IMG/VR virus record: IMGVR_UViG_3300038856_000064
Coordinates: 64,001-128,000 of that record
Strand: one strand, 5' to 3'
Source: a virus
DNA length: 64,000 nt
The notes under the pieces: generated by a model
Told to the model about the DNA's origin: nothing
Seen by the model: the letters and a program-made list of their open reading frames with translations, nothing else
Databases searched by the model: none
Shown: piece by piece, positions 18,529 to 29,388 of the stretch
How positions within the stretch are numbered: position 1 is the first letter of the stretch
Layout: every line of letters begins with the position of its first letter
Translations under genes and position numbers: made by a program

Positions 18529-21500
18529 AACAACCTCATATTTTTAATGATTAACCCACGATCGGACATTGTTCCCTGAACCGATACAATGTCTCCTACG
18601 TCTATCCCCATTGACTTCATCTTGTCATAACTATCTGGAAATACACACGATCCATCTAGACTATAAGTTGAGTCACTGATGGTAACAAATGCCATTTGGC
18701 GGCCTTGCGTCTTGCCACGCTTAACCGTTGTCTCCTTTACGGCCTCAACCACGACGCATAGCTGTACTGGCGCACCAGGCTTTAAGGAACCCGAACCAAC
18801 GTCCCTACAGGTATGTCGTGCTCCGCTCATTGCGCGCTCTAGATCAGCCATACTGCCCGACAGCGTAGCCCCTAAGTATTGCTTCTCCCACATTAGAATC
18901 TGGGCTACTGTATCTCTGAAAGACTCGCCATTAAACTCATCTAGTAGCTCCCTTATCTTTGCTCTGCGTCTTACATTAGGCGGCTTGATATTATTAGCCT
19001 TTCGCTCATCTACCGTAGAGTCATCTGCCAGTGCTCTTAGTCGCTCTTCTAGATCGCCAGTATAATTTACTAGGCTCTCTTTTTCCTTATCTGTGATGGC
19101 GCTCCAAAGTGTATACTGAGCCTTCATGGCACGCCTAGAGATACCGAACTTGTCTAATGCTCCAGCACAAATGAATGCATCTATAACTTGCTTATTCATT
19201 TTGTTTTTATCAGCTAGATTAAGAAACTCAGTGAACGATCCCGCATCCTTACAGGCCAAGATAGACTTTTCAGCAGCCGACCCCACACCCTTTATATGAA
19301 GGAAACCATAAGATATGGTATCAGGACCTGTAATAGAAAAATCCATGTCGCTAGACTCGATACGTGGCGGGGTTACATCGATATCCTTTAATTTGCCATC
19401 GTTTACAAACTGCGCAATAACATCCTGCGGCTTTCGATCTTGACCAGCCTTATCCTTCGCGTGCATTAGGTTAGCACACAAGAACTCAATAAAGTAGTTT
19501 GCCTTTACCCAAGCAGTTCGATATGCCATTACAGCATAACCTACGGCGTGGGATTTGTTGAACCCATATCCAGCTTGCTTTTCAATCCATCCCCAAATCT
19601 CATCGGCCACCTCTTTGGAAACGTTTTTTGTGGCCCCATCCATAAACTCCTTACGCTTCTCTCGCAACTCCTCGGGCTTTTTCTTACCAATAACCTTACG
19701 CACCGCGTCAGCATTCTTAAGGTCCATCCCGGCGATCTTTTGACAGATAGCCATCACCTGTTCTTGAAACAATAAGATGCCCTTAGTGGGTTTCAAAATT
19801 GGCTCTAGGATTGGATTGATATAGCTTGGCTGCTCCTCATTGTTCCTAATTTTGGCATAGGTATCAGCCATCCCCGTATCTAGACAAGACGGCCTGATAA
19901 TTGCTACCAACTCAGCGATCTCATGGACTGACTGTGGCTTACACTTTTTAGACCACGACTTACCCAAATTAGACTCTAGTTGGAATACACCCTGATTATA
20001 GCCATTGGATAATAAGTCAAATACCTTCTTATCATCTAGAGGTAATTCTGATAGGTTATACTCTTTATCGTGACGCCCTTTGATTATTTTTAATGCAGTC
20101 TTTAGGACATCCAGTGTTGCAAGTCCGAGAATGTCAACCTTAAGAAATCCCATGGCATCAATAGAGTCCATGTCCCAACCACAGATAAGGTCATCTTTGT
20201 TAGTTCCCTTAACTAAAGGAATCCCAGCATCGCCAAAATCCTTATCTGAGATAACTACAGCCGCTGCGTGCATACCACTAGTCTTATAGCACCCCTCAAG
20301 TCTCTGCGCAATATCAAAGAGTTCCCTCCATGACGTTGTACGAATTACTCTTCCGCCCCTAACAATATCAAACTTCTTATCATCTTCGGAATATTCCTTC
20401 AATTTAGGAACTGCGGCGATTGCCTCTTTCAAACTAATTGAGCCATGATCTTCGTTTTTAGCAGGGATCAAACCTGCAATAATGTTTTTTGTATTCTCAT
20501 CAATGCCGGCAACCTTAAGTACGTCACGTATTACCTGTTTTGCACCTAGAGATAATAATGTCACGACTTGCGCTACTCGCTCATCACCGAATCGTTCCCT
20601 AATGTAAGCAATAACCTCGCCACGGCGTCCCTTTTCGATGTCAGTATCAATATCTGGCATAGACCCTTTGCGACCGACATTATAAAATCGCTCCCAGATG
20701 AGGTCATACTCCAGGGGATCTAATTGTGTAATGCCCAATAAGTAAGAAACAAACGAGCCAGCGGCTGAACCACGACCAGGACTCATATCAATATCATTGT
20801 CACGGCAATAGTCAGTAATATCAGATACAATTAGAAAATAATCTTCTAGGCCGGCAGACTCGATGTCGGCAAGCTCATGCTTAACTCGCGCAGCATACTC
20901 GCCCTTAGGATCCTTAATATTACGACGCCTCCAACCCTCGCGAAGCTTCTCTTTAAGAAGCTCTATGGATGGCCTTGGGTCATCACTTGGATACTTGGGT
21001 AGTCGCATTTTGTGTAGTTGTAACTCAGCATTACATCTAGATGCTATGACTCTTGTTTGATCAACCTCTTCTGGTAATAGACTAGACTCTTCTAGCCACT
21101 CTTCTCTATTCTTGATATAAAACTCATCAGTCGAGAATCCATGACTTCCTTCTTCTGCTGCTACCTTGCCAAATGCCATAGCCTTTAAAAATGCATGCGC
21201 CTTAGCATCTTCTTTTTTGACATAATGGAAGTCTTGCGTGGCAACTGTCTTAACACCTATCTTTGAGGCCAAATCCCGAATTCTAGGATTAACGATCTTT
21301 TGTTCATCTATGCCACCGTCCTGTACCTCTAGAAAAAGATTATTGGGACCCATGACTTGAACAAGCTTTTGGGCATATTCATATGCCTTGGGTATATTAG
21401 CCGCCTCTTTTAATTGTGACTCCTCACCCTTGCTTTGTGGCCACGTCATCTTATCGAATAGGTGATAGGTGACAGGACCGTTTAGGCATGCAGTAAGGGC

Positions 21501-21896
21501 AATGACGCCCTCCTTATATTGCTCTAGGTCGCTCAGGTCGATACGTGGCTTGTAGTAAGATTTTTGGTTGGCACGAGTAGTTAGACGAATAATATTGTTG
21601 AGCCCCTCTTGATTCTCGGCTAGCAAAACAAGATGATATGCATGCCTTTCTTTGTCTTCATGCCTAAGCGTAAAATAAGCCTCAGTCCCCATGATGGGCT
21701 TAACGTTCTGCTTTTTACACTCTTGATAAAACTCGACCCAACTAAAGATGTTACCATGATTAGTAAGGGCTACGGAATCCATACCTAGCTCCTTAACTCG
21801 TGAGACCATCTCTTTAACTGGTGACATACCATCTAGAAAGGAATGCTGAGAGTGGCAATGCAGCACTACAGGTTGTTTATTTATTCCATCAGTCAT
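18525..21896 (-). CDS. dnaE: DNA polymerase III alpha subunit
   Basis: PHP (LHCHSQHSFLDG, DFHY), PGRGSAAGS, MPDIDTD, KVDILGL, YGFNKSHA, C-terminal OB fold. Confidence 0.97.
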   Translation of the reverse strand: MTDGINKQPVVLHCHSQHSFLDGMSPVKEMVSRVKELGMDSVALTNHGNIFSWVEFYQECKKQNVKPIMGTEAYFTLRHEDKERHAYHLVLLAENQEGLNNIIRLTTRANQKSYYKPRIDLSDLEQYKEGVIALTACLNGPVTYHLFDKMTWPQSKGEESQLKEAANIPKAYEYAQKLVQVMGPNNLFLEVQDGGIDEQKIVNPRIRDLASKIGVKTVATQDFHYVKKEDAKAHAFLKAMAFGKVAAEEGSHGFSTDEFYIKNREEWLEESSLLPEEVDQTRVIASRCNAELQLHKMRLPKYPSDDPRPSIELLKEKLREGWRRRNIKDPKGEYAARVKHELADIESAGLEDYFLIVSDITDYCRDNDIDMSPGRGSAAGSFVSYLLGITQLDPLEYDLIWERFYNVGRKGSMPDIDTDIEKGRRGEVIAYIRERFGDERVAQVVTLLSLGAKQVIRDVLKVAGIDENTKNIIAGLIPAKNEDHGSISLKEAIAAVPKLKEYSEDDKKFDIVRGGRVIRTTSWRELFDIAQRLEGCYKTSGMHAAAVVISDKDFGDAGIPLVKGTNKDDLICGWDMDSIDAMGFLKVDILGLATLDVLKTALKIIKGRHDKEYNLSELPLDDKKVFDLLSNGYNQGVFQLESNLGKSWSKKCKPQSVHEIAELVAIIRPSCLDTGMADTYAKIRNNEEQPSYINPILEPILKPTKGILLFQEQVMAICQKIAGMDLKNADAVRKVIGKKKPEELREKRKEFMDGATKNVSKEVADEIWGWIEKQAGYGFNKSHAVGYAVMAYRTAWVKANYFIEFLCANLMHAKDKAGQDRKPQDVIAQFVNDGKLKDIDVTPPRIESSDMDFSITGPDTISYGFLHIKGVGSAAEKSILACKDAGSFTEFLNLADKNKMNKQVIDAFICAGALDKFGISRRAMKAQYTLWSAITDKEKESLVNYTGDLEERLRALADDSTVDERKANNIKPPNVRRRAKIRELLDEFNGESFRDTVAQILMWEKQYLGATLSGSMADLERAMSGARHTCRDVGSGSLKPGAPVQLCVVVEAVKETTVKRGKTQGRQMAFVTISDSTYSLDGSCVFPDSYDKMKSMGIDVGDIVSVQGTMSDRGLIIKNMRLL

Positions 21897-22278
21897 CTAA
21901 TTTTAGCCTCTTCTCGCTTTGGTCCTTACCATATCCCCTGTGTCTATCCTCTTGCTTGCTACCGCCCATCTGTTTATTGATACGATCTAGCACGCGCTTG
22001 CGATGACGATCTGCCATTTTCTTTTCTAGCTGCTCTTCCTTGCGCTTGGTATGATCTGGGTTCTGTTGCTGCCAACGCTCCATACTGACATAACCCTTCG
22101 CCCCGCCTAGCGCCTCTGGTGCTTTTATTATGTGTCTATATAGCGAAATCGTATTGCATTTTTTGCAACGTTTGCGCTTGAGACGCCCATCCTCATGAAC
22201 GTACTTGTCATAATCATTTGCGGAAAAAACTTCTACTCTCTCTTCTCCGCACTCAACGCATTTAAAATCGTAAAGCAT
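21889..22278 (-). CDS. FmdB-like zinc-ribbon protein
   Basis: YDFKCVECG ... CKKCN; basic tail. Confidence 0.7.
   Translation of the reverse strand: MLYDFKCVECGEERVEVFSANDYDKYVHEDGRLKRKRCKKCNTISLYRHIIKAPEALGGAKGYVSMERWQQQNPDHTKRKEEQLEKKMADRHRKRVLDRINKQMGGSKQEDRHRGYGKDQSEKRLKLDD
22126..22153 (-). promoter_or_regulatory. class I phage promoter inside a gene, upstream of dnaE
   Basis: TACGATTTCGCTATATAGACACATAATA, exact consensus spacing. Confidence 0.65.
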
Positions 22279-22673
22279 TAATCCTCAACCATAAATCGAT
22301 AAATATTACCATATGCACGAGCAAATAGATCGCCATGATCCTTGCTTTCTTTTTGCCACGTTATGGCATGTGCCCACTCGTGTATCAGGGTGTCAAACAT
22401 CTTATTCCATGATGCGCCCTTATGAAGCTCTATCAAGAAGTATCTTCTGCCATCAGATTTTGGAGTATCCGCATTGACTAAACTACAATACCCCCATGGG
22501 GCGTCTTTATAGCCGCCACGCTTCATTATCTCTGTAGGTCTGCGACGTATCTTAACTGGATACTCAGGTGGAAAATTTTCTCTCAACAACTTTAAAGCTA
22601 ATCGAAACTTCTTTTCTACCGTTAAGTCGTAAGGCTGACCCTGTAAATATTTACAACGCAAGTCTTCATCCAT
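22278..22673 (-). CDS. SprT-like HExxH metallopeptidase
   Basis: TLIHEWAH...DHGDLF; likely start MDEDLR at 22673 just after the upstream stop. Confidence 0.65.
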   Translation of the reverse strand: MDEDLRCKYLQGQPYDLTVEKKFRLALKLLRENFPPEYPVKIRRRPTEIMKRGGYKDAPWGYCSLVNADTPKSDGRRYFLIELHKGASWNKMFDTLIHEWAHAITWQKESKDHGDLFARAYGNIYRFMVED

Positions 22674-22674
22674 T

Positions 22675-23640
22675 TTACGAACGTCCCCCCTTACCCTTAA
22701 TTTTGGGATTTTTTCCATCTATTCCTGCTCTTAATTCAGCCCACTTGACATCACAAAGTGGTCTATTACATAAATACTTACAGTAATGGTCATAGGCACG
22801 ACGCTTAATAACTTTTGACGTCTTAATCTTATTATATAAGTCTACTACTAAACGACGCGTTAATTCATCATCTTCTCCAGTAAAGACGTGTTCCAATGGA
22901 ACGCCACGAAAGTAATCAAACTGAACCCAGTAGTACTTATACTCTGGATACATAATCTTTGCAGCATAGGAATACATCCTTGGTTGAAGATCCTGAATAA
23001 ATTTTTCATGCTGTGGAATCGAGTATCCAGTTTTGTAATCAATGACGAGAAGGGTTTCGGGATCATACTCTACAACTAGATCAATGAATCCATTCATCTT
23101 GATATCTTCCCCATCAGCATCGGCTCCCCACGAAATCTTTGCTGGAGCTTCTACGCCTATTACCTTACCATTAGGATTCTTCTTGCTCTTTATTCCGGTC
23201 TTGAAATACTTACCGTAGCGATCAATAGCCATCTCAACCATCATTAAGCCCTCATCGTAGAGCTTTTTGGGACATCCTTTAAAGTGTTCGACGTGCTTCT
23301 TTATGATACCACAGTGTGCAGACTTAGGATCAAAGAATGGGCAATCCTCACACTTCTTATCAATAAAAAACGAGGCACGCGCTTTTGACGGTGCCTTTTG
23401 CATATCATCAGAGAATGGCTTTAGTTTAGCAATATTCTCGTCATAGGCTTTTTTATAATCTACCTTACACTTGGATTCTGCGTATTCTTCTAGTGTGTTG
23501 TGTACAGCGCTACCAAATTCGCTCGCGAAAGTGTAGAGAAATAAGTCATCCGCATACCCCCATTCGTATGACAAAAAATACTGGAACTCGCATTCGATTC
23601 CCTTTTTGAGACGACTCGGAGATACGTAGGGAATTTTCAC
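22675..23640 (-). CDS. Cas4/RecB-like PD-(D/E)XK exonuclease
   Basis: SPSRL, FGSAVH, GFIDLV, IDYKTG, Q..MY; N- and C-terminal cysteines consistent with an Fe-S staple. Confidence 0.88.
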   Translation of the reverse strand: MKIPYVSPSRLKKGIECEFQYFLSYEWGYADDLFLYTFASEFGSAVHNTLEEYAESKCKVDYKKAYDENIAKLKPFSDDMQKAPSKARASFFIDKKCEDCPFFDPKSAHCGIIKKHVEHFKGCPKKLYDEGLMMVEMAIDRYGKYFKTGIKSKKNPNGKVIGVEAPAKISWGADADGEDIKMNGFIDLVVEYDPETLLVIDYKTGYSIPQHEKFIQDLQPRMYSYAAKIMYPEYKYYWVQFDYFRGVPLEHVFTGEDDELTRRLVVDLYNKIKTSKVIKRRAYDHYCKYLCNRPLCDVKWAELRAGIDGKNPKIKGKGGRS

Positions 23641-24272
23641 TTTACAAAGCTCTCTAGTCGCAGAATATTTTCTAGTTGTGCACGAAGATCATTAAATGAT
23701 CCATTATTATCTATATGGTAGTGATAACCATCATAGTCATCTAGTGCAGTTTCTGAAACATGTCCGTCACTTTCAAGTCCAGTATCGCGATCTATACCAA
23801 TAAGAACTCCTCTCTCTCCAGCAAATGTTGCCTCATTTGGAAAGCGACAATCTGCAACTACAACAATAGCATCATCACGATACTTCTTGCGGTAAACTGA
23901 CTTCACCCAAATATCTGGGTCCATTTGGTTGCGGAAGAGGTCAGTTCCAACAAATTGAAGAAGCTCGCGAACGGTCATAAATCCATTTGTATCATTCGGA
24001 GTCCACGCGCCACCAGGTGGAGTATTACCCCCCTGATCAGCATACATCATACTATCATCCTCTGGCCAGCGAACATCGGTCAACTTCTGCTTGCCAGTCT
24101 CAGTCTCCATATCCTCTCGTGGAATGTGGAAAATAATACTGCACGCATGCTTGAGGGCATCAGCAAAATGCACGATATGCACTGTTCGCCCCGGAAGCAT
24201 TTGCTGAATATAGCGAGCAGAGGTATCCTTGCCTACTTGCTTACGACCTGACAGCGTAATAAATCTAGCCAT
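23637..24272 (-). CDS. deoxynucleoside monophosphate kinase
   Basis: SGRKQVGKDT, FADALK, RELLQFVGTD, DCRFPNE, HVSE. Confidence 0.9.
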   Translation of the reverse strand: MARFITLSGRKQVGKDTSARYIQQMLPGRTVHIVHFADALKHACSIIFHIPREDMETETGKQKLTDVRWPEDDSMMYADQGGNTPPGGAWTPNDTNGFMTVRELLQFVGTDLFRNQMDPDIWVKSVYRKKYRDDAIVVVADCRFPNEATFAGERGVLIGIDRDTGLESDGHVSETALDDYDGYHYHIDNNGSFNDLRAQLENILRLESFVK

Positions 24273-24987
24273 TGGTTTTTACTCCTAGAATAATATCTGG
24301 TGCATGTGACAAGTCGGGAACCGTTATAACATTGCTTGATACCTGATCTTTGTCAACCTCAATACTCGTCCAACTAGAAGTATCAAGATGAATTGCGTTT
24401 AGGCCACAGGTCGTAGACGGAAGAATGTCGCTTCGAATACTATCTCCAATCATCCAAGAATTCTTTTTATCTACATTGTGCTTGATGCAAAAGTCGTCAA
24501 ATACTTCGCTCGTCTTCTTTAGGACAACCCAGCAATCGTGGAATAAATTCCTCATTGTTAGGTCGTCGAATCTCTTTATTTGAACCCAGCGTTCGCCCGC
24601 AGTGATGACACCCACCTTGTATCCGGCGTTTGCCATCTGGCGCACTACACTGGCTGCATAGTCATACTCAATTGAAGTTTGATCAAACACAGACATTGCC
24701 ATTCGTCGTGCCTGCTTTACTATATTATCACCATCTCTAGGCCAGAATCCTCCGCCTTCTAGAAAATGTTTAACAGTTAACTCAAATGACTCTGCAAACC
24801 TATCAGTGGAGTATCCATGCTCCTCAAATAATTTTACATCAATCTCATCCTGCTTCTTTATGACCTCGTCACGATCGAACCCCCTCTCCATCATGAGATC
24901 GCCAAGTCGAGCGGACGCATTTATATACAGCGGTCCTGTATCGATAAGGGTATTGTCCATATCGAAGATTATCCATTTATTTTTCAT
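24265..24987 (-). CDS. HAD-family hydrolase (nucleotidase-like)
   Basis: FDMDNTL motif I; MIGDSIRSDI motif IV. Confidence 0.9.
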   Translation of the reverse strand: MKNKWIIFDMDNTLIDTGPLYINASARLGDLMMERGFDRDEVIKKQDEIDVKLFEEHGYSTDRFAESFELTVKHFLEGGGFWPRDGDNIVKQARRMAMSVFDQTSIEYDYAASVVRQMANAGYKVGVITAGERWVQIKRFDDLTMRNLFHDCWVVLKKTSEVFDDFCIKHNVDKKNSWMIGDSIRSDILPSTTCGLNAIHLDTSSWTSIEVDKDQVSSNVITVPDLSHAPDIILGVKTNG

Positions 24988-26078
24988 ATATACTCCTTAA
25001 GTAGCATACGCAATTGCGCAGGATCACAAGAGCCAGGATCACTATCTCCCTCAAGAACAATATTCTTAAACTCGAAATAATCCTTACAAAGCTTAGCTAC
25101 CATCCTGCTCGCCTTTTGGCCAGGTTCATCGCCATCAAGAATGCATACAATTTTCCTACACCCAACTTTATTTAGTAGGGTTCGATGATGCTTGCCAAAT
25201 CCTGTTCCTAAAATAGCCACCACATTTTTAATGCCGGCTTCCCACATACGCATTACGTCCATTGGACCCTCAACTAGAATAATAGTTTTGTCTGGCCCCA
25301 TAAAATTCTTAGCACGGTGTAGATTAAATAGCACTGATGATACATAAAACTTTTCTTCGTCCGATCTTTCAGAGGATCTCTTTCTAATCTCAGCAAAGTT
25401 TAACGCATGACACCATTTTGGGTTCCATCTTTCTATGAGATTGTCATCTAGTAGGCGGCATGTAAAGGCTATAAGGTAACCATCTATCGGGTCATAAACT
25501 GGCACTATGGCTCGCCCCTCCCCATATGTTTTTGCCTTATGCCATTCTCCACCACAACCAAACTCTTTGATTACCTCATCAGAGAAGCCACGATTCTTAA
25601 AGTAAGTGCTTGGTTTTAGATGACACATAAGGTCCTCCTCCATGCGCTTATGCTTAACAAGCTGTGACCTTTTGCGAATAACTTGTTCTAACCGCTGTGC
25701 TTCTGCGCTGTCAAGTTCTTTTATCTCATCGATATCTCGATCTACGACATCTAGAATCCATTGCACGGAATCTTTAAAACCCACCTTCTTAACGGCTTGT
25801 ATTAGGGCAAAGACATCAGCACCATATACTTGATGACATCTATTTGTAAAGCATTGCCACATCTGTCTATCAAAGTCCCAACTAAAGGCTTGATTGTTAT
25901 CGTTCGGCGTTCTACCATTAGTGTGTGGAACCGGACAACATCCTACCAGACGACTCCCCTGATCCATCCACTTAGGGGTAAGCTTCTTCATTATTAAGCG
26001 CATATTCTTATGCGCAACTTTTCTAATGCCCTCGATCTTGGCCTTAGTGAGTGGAGCGTTTTGTGACTCAGTTGCCAT
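24984..26078 (-). CDS. dnaG: DNA primase
   Basis: Zn finger CPVPH...CFTNRC; TOPRIM VEGPMDV and DGDEPG. Confidence 0.92.
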   Translation of the reverse strand: MATESQNAPLTKAKIEGIRKVAHKNMRLIMKKLTPKWMDQGSRLVGCCPVPHTNGRTPNDNNQAFSWDFDRQMWQCFTNRCHQVYGADVFALIQAVKKVGFKDSVQWILDVVDRDIDEIKELDSAEAQRLEQVIRKRSQLVKHKRMEEDLMCHLKPSTYFKNRGFSDEVIKEFGCGGEWHKAKTYGEGRAIVPVYDPIDGYLIAFTCRLLDDNLIERWNPKWCHALNFAEIRKRSSERSDEEKFYVSSVLFNLHRAKNFMGPDKTIILVEGPMDVMRMWEAGIKNVVAILGTGFGKHHRTLLNKVGCRKIVCILDGDEPGQKASRMVAKLCKDYFEFKNIVLEGDSDPGSCDPAQLRMLLKEYI

Positions 26079-27576
26079 TGTTTGTAGCTCCTTGACCAGC
26101 CTTTCTTACACCACCTTGTGGATTGGCCTGTGGCGTGGGTTGGGCAGCCTGAGGCGGGGCAAGCTTTGCCACACCTAGCTCCTTGAACTTACCAATGCTT
26201 AGGTCGGCACTAACATCAATATGTGTACTAATGCCCTTTCCATATCTAGATGCTAAATTATGCATTTCGTGTGTTCCGTTTGGGTATTTTACTAAATCAT
26301 CCGCATCCTTTTTATGCCATAAACTAACAGAGTCAACTAACTCAACGATCTTCTTGGCACCAGCAATCATGCTAAGGTCTTTATCCATGGCGCGATTCGT
26401 TTGTCCAAATGCTAGGATTGGAAGATTAAACTCTTCCGCGAAATCATGAAGCGCCATACAGGTATCTCCTAGAATATCATGAGCGCCAACACCAGCTTTC
26501 TTGACTTCGTCAATTCTGGAAAGCTTAATATAGTCCCATACAATTAGACAACGGGCGCTACGATTTTGCTTATCAATACCAGCATTCTGAACTACCCAAC
26601 GACGCAAAAATGGTATCATTTCGCGCGCTGTCATTCCCGTCATCTTTTTATAAAACAACTTATGCGCTACAAATTCCTTGCGAATATTTTCATCCTCAAT
26701 AACCTGGCGTGCTATCTGACACTGTGTCGCGAAGGTCTTGTCATACCCCTCGCGCTGAATCCTGTTAGTGTCACACTTCCAATAGCCAGTCTCTAGAATT
26801 TCATAATTTACTTCTGTATGCATGCCAAATGCACGAACTGATTGCGCGGTCTCATTCAACTCACTATCACAATATAACACTGGGATGTGGCGAGAAAGTT
26901 CAACTGCCGCACGAGCACCTATTTGGCTTTTGCCAGCTTTAGCGGTCGCTGCAACAAACGTTACTGTCCCGTTTCTAAGTCCGCCAATACTACGCTGCCA
27001 TAGAGGAAAGCCAATATCTACACCTAGCTCACCCGGATGATCTGCTAGATCCTCAATGATATCCAGTGCTCGTTCTGGTAGGTGAATAATCTCATCATCT
27101 ACCACACCCTGAAGTTTGTTGGATAGATCAATAAGGGCTGTATCCATATGATTGATGATGTCGCTAGTCTCATCTGGAGTATCTTCCAGATATTTATCTA
27201 GCCTCTTCATCATGCCACGATAACCCCTCTTGACGGTTTCTCTCTTCACCTGTAGAAAGGAACGTCCAACGTCAGCCTTAGATGCCTCATATTCTAAGCA
27301 AGCCTCTACTAATTCTCCGTCACGAGTGACATCTAGAAAATCTTTCATTCCCAGGGCACTAGCTTCTGCTAGTAATCCTGCATGCGTTACAACAAGATCA
27401 CCCTGAGTATTCATCAATAGACGCTGTAATACAATGAAAAACTTCTTATGGGCTTTTGACGTAAAATCATCTACAGATAAATGCTGTTGCACATTAAAGT
27501 AGACATCTGGATTTTTGCACAACCCAGCTAAAAGCGCAAACTCGGCTGCGACATTATTCATTCCATTCACCCTCAA
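26068..27576 (-). CDS. dnaB: replicative DNA helicase (DnaB-like)
   Basis: N-terminal AEFALL..., Walker A AATAKAGKS, WDYIK, QTNR. Confidence 0.9.
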   Translation of the reverse strand: MRVNGMNNVAAEFALLAGLCKNPDVYFNVQQHLSVDDFTSKAHKKFFIVLQRLLMNTQGDLVVTHAGLLAEASALGMKDFLDVTRDGELVEACLEYEASKADVGRSFLQVKRETVKRGYRGMMKRLDKYLEDTPDETSDIINHMDTALIDLSNKLQGVVDDEIIHLPERALDIIEDLADHPGELGVDIGFPLWQRSIGGLRNGTVTFVAATAKAGKSQIGARAAVELSRHIPVLYCDSELNETAQSVRAFGMHTEVNYEILETGYWKCDTNRIQREGYDKTFATQCQIARQVIEDENIRKEFVAHKLFYKKMTGMTAREMIPFLRRWVVQNAGIDKQNRSARCLIVWDYIKLSRIDEVKKAGVGAHDILGDTCMALHDFAEEFNLPILAFGQTNRAMDKDLSMIAGAKKIVELVDSVSLWHKKDADDLVKYPNGTHEMHNLASRYGKGISTHIDVSADLSIGKFKELGVAKLAPPQAAQPTPQANPQGGVRKAGQGATNNGN

Positions 27577-27892
27577 GCTTCTTCAATAGTAACTCCTTGC
27601 TCATAGTTTCATTATACGCAACCCTAATTAGGGTTATTCCTAATTCATCGCAACGTATGTCTTTTTTGACATCACGCTTTTTCGCTGCGATAAAATTCTC
27701 TCGTGTATCATGAAAGTGCTCACAAAATCTAAAGTGCTGCTCTCCATCAAATTCAAAAGCAACCTTTAATGCTGGAATATAAATATCCAAAAACAAAGCT
27801 CCACGCTCTGCTATATTATATTCAAGCTCAATTTTTTGGTGAGGAAAAACCTCCTTCACCAACTCTAGCAATTCCTCTGACCCCTTACTCAC
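27554..27892 (-). CDS. Vsr/DUF559-like endonuclease
   Basis: LDIYIP..KVAFEFDGEQH...RD..K...C...GI.LIRV. Confidence 0.75.
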   Translation of the reverse strand: MSKGSEELLELVKEVFPHQKIELEYNIAERGALFLDIYIPALKVAFEFDGEQHFRFCEHFHDTRENFIAAKKRDVKKDIRCDELGITLIRVAYNETMSKELLLKKLEGEWNE

Positions 27893-28913
27893 TAAAAGTC
27901 TCAGGATATAATTCCTTCAGATCATCTAGGATCTGATTATATAGGGTATCATTACTACGCAGGATATCAACGAATGTTTTATGTGGGCGCTTCTTAATCT
28001 CTCCTTTGTCATCTGGGACAAGGAAATATTTTCCTTCTTTTTCTATTATGCCCAGGTCCCCCGCAAGGACAGCCAATTCCTCGTAAACGTCTATCCCCTT
28101 TCCATAAATTAACGGAAACTTACCCTTTACGAAAGGAGGGGCAACCTTATTCTTGATTACCTTGAATCGAACTTCATGTCCGATTTGATTTCCCTCATCG
28201 TTTTTAATTCGCGTATCATTAACGATATCCATAAGCTCAATTCGTTGTGCAGCATAAAATGGCAATGCTCTTCCACCACTAGTAGTATCTGGATTACCAT
28301 ACGCACCTATCTTACTGCGCAATTGATTCAAGAAAATGACAGTTCCTTTGGTCTGTCCAGCAGCCTGCTGCAATTTTCTACAGCCGGCACTCATTAGCTT
28401 AGGCAGGGTACCGACGTCAGTTTCTCCGATATCCTTTTTATTCGTTTGCTCCGGTATCAGCGCGTCGACAGAGTCGATAGCGACGATTGATCCAGGGTAT
28501 TGGCGCAGCCATACCTCAGCCAGTCGAAGGGCTTCGTCTCCAGTGGGTGCTGTAAAAACCTCTAGGCTTCCCTTCTTTCTCAGGGCTGGAAAAGAATCAA
28601 CTAGGGTAGGTTGTAGGGCTTGCTCTTGGTCTAAGAACAGGCACTTCTTACCACGCTTAACAGCCTCAGCTAGAATAGATAGTACCAGTGTAGTCTTACC
28701 GGCACCTTGGTTGCTATAAATCTCGATGATCGCCCCTTCATAAATCGGAACCTGAAGGTTTATGTCAAGACTTAGTGATCCAGTGGGATTTCCCTTTGGC
28801 AATTTTAGTTCATCGCCCGTGCGAAACTGGGTATCTGCGAATTGTTTTTTAAGACGATTCATAAATAGCTTGTGTTCGCGATCCGACATGTTTTGTTCCT
28901 CAGTTGTTTCCAC
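27885..28913 (-). CDS. recA: RecA-like recombinase
   Basis: TGSLSLD, GAGKTT, DSVDAL, FLNQLR, GGRALPFYA, KNKVAPPF. Confidence 0.95.
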   Translation of the reverse strand: METTEEQNMSDREHKLFMNRLKKQFADTQFRTGDELKLPKGNPTGSLSLDINLQVPIYEGAIIEIYSNQGAGKTTLVLSILAEAVKRGKKCLFLDQEQALQPTLVDSFPALRKKGSLEVFTAPTGDEALRLAEVWLRQYPGSIVAIDSVDALIPEQTNKKDIGETDVGTLPKLMSAGCRKLQQAAGQTKGTVIFLNQLRSKIGAYGNPDTTSGGRALPFYAAQRIELMDIVNDTRIKNDEGNQIGHEVRFKVIKNKVAPPFVKGKFPLIYGKGIDVYEELAVLAGDLGIIEKEGKYFLVPDDKGEIKKRPHKTFVDILRSNDTLYNQILDDLKELYPETFSE

Positions 28914-29373
28914 TCTCTAGCTCCTTCAGGATATCAGTCAGGGTCTTTTTATGAGTCCCACTATTTTCTTTTGTCGTATAACCAGTAGTCTGTTCTATAT
29001 AACTACTGCTATCTTTTTTGAGGGTGGAGTGTAGGGCAACGTAATAGCTCGTAAATTTGTCTATATTACACCACTTGAAGTACTGCCTTATTTTCCATCG
29101 TAAAAGGCCGAACTCTTTGTAGTCCAAATCTGTTATCTTGTAAAATTGAATGAACCACGCAAGTTGTTCAGGACTTACGTCAAGTTTTCTGACACTTTTT
29201 ACTTTAGTGAGTAATTTTCCCCACTCCTTGACAAAAGGGCCACCCTTTCTCCAACTACCCTCGGGGAGCGCACCATATCTATTAATCAGGATTGCCTCTA
29301 CTAAAAAGTTTGGCAAATCGTGCTTTACTTTCGGAGTAGATGGACTATTAAATCTCTTGTCTTTAGTTGTCAT
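28900..29373 (-). CDS. hypothetical protein, first gene of the replication operon
   Basis: 157 aa; GAGGA RBS and class I promoter upstream. Confidence 0.75.
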   Translation of the reverse strand: MTTKDKRFNSPSTPKVKHDLPNFLVEAILINRYGALPEGSWRKGGPFVKEWGKLLTKVKSVRKLDVSPEQLAWFIQFYKITDLDYKEFGLLRWKIRQYFKWCNIDKFTSYYVALHSTLKKDSSSYIEQTTGYTTKENSGTHKKTLTDILKELESGNN

Positions 29374-29388
29374 GGGTTCCTCTTTACT

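Noticed and set aside
22675-23640. Cas4 as part of a CRISPR system
   Set aside because: No repeat-spacer array or other cas genes seen; solo Cas4-like nucleases are common in phage replication blocks.
18525-28913. Inteins or introns in dnaE, dnaB or recA
   Set aside because: Lengths are normal, motifs are contiguous, and no intein junction motifs were seen.
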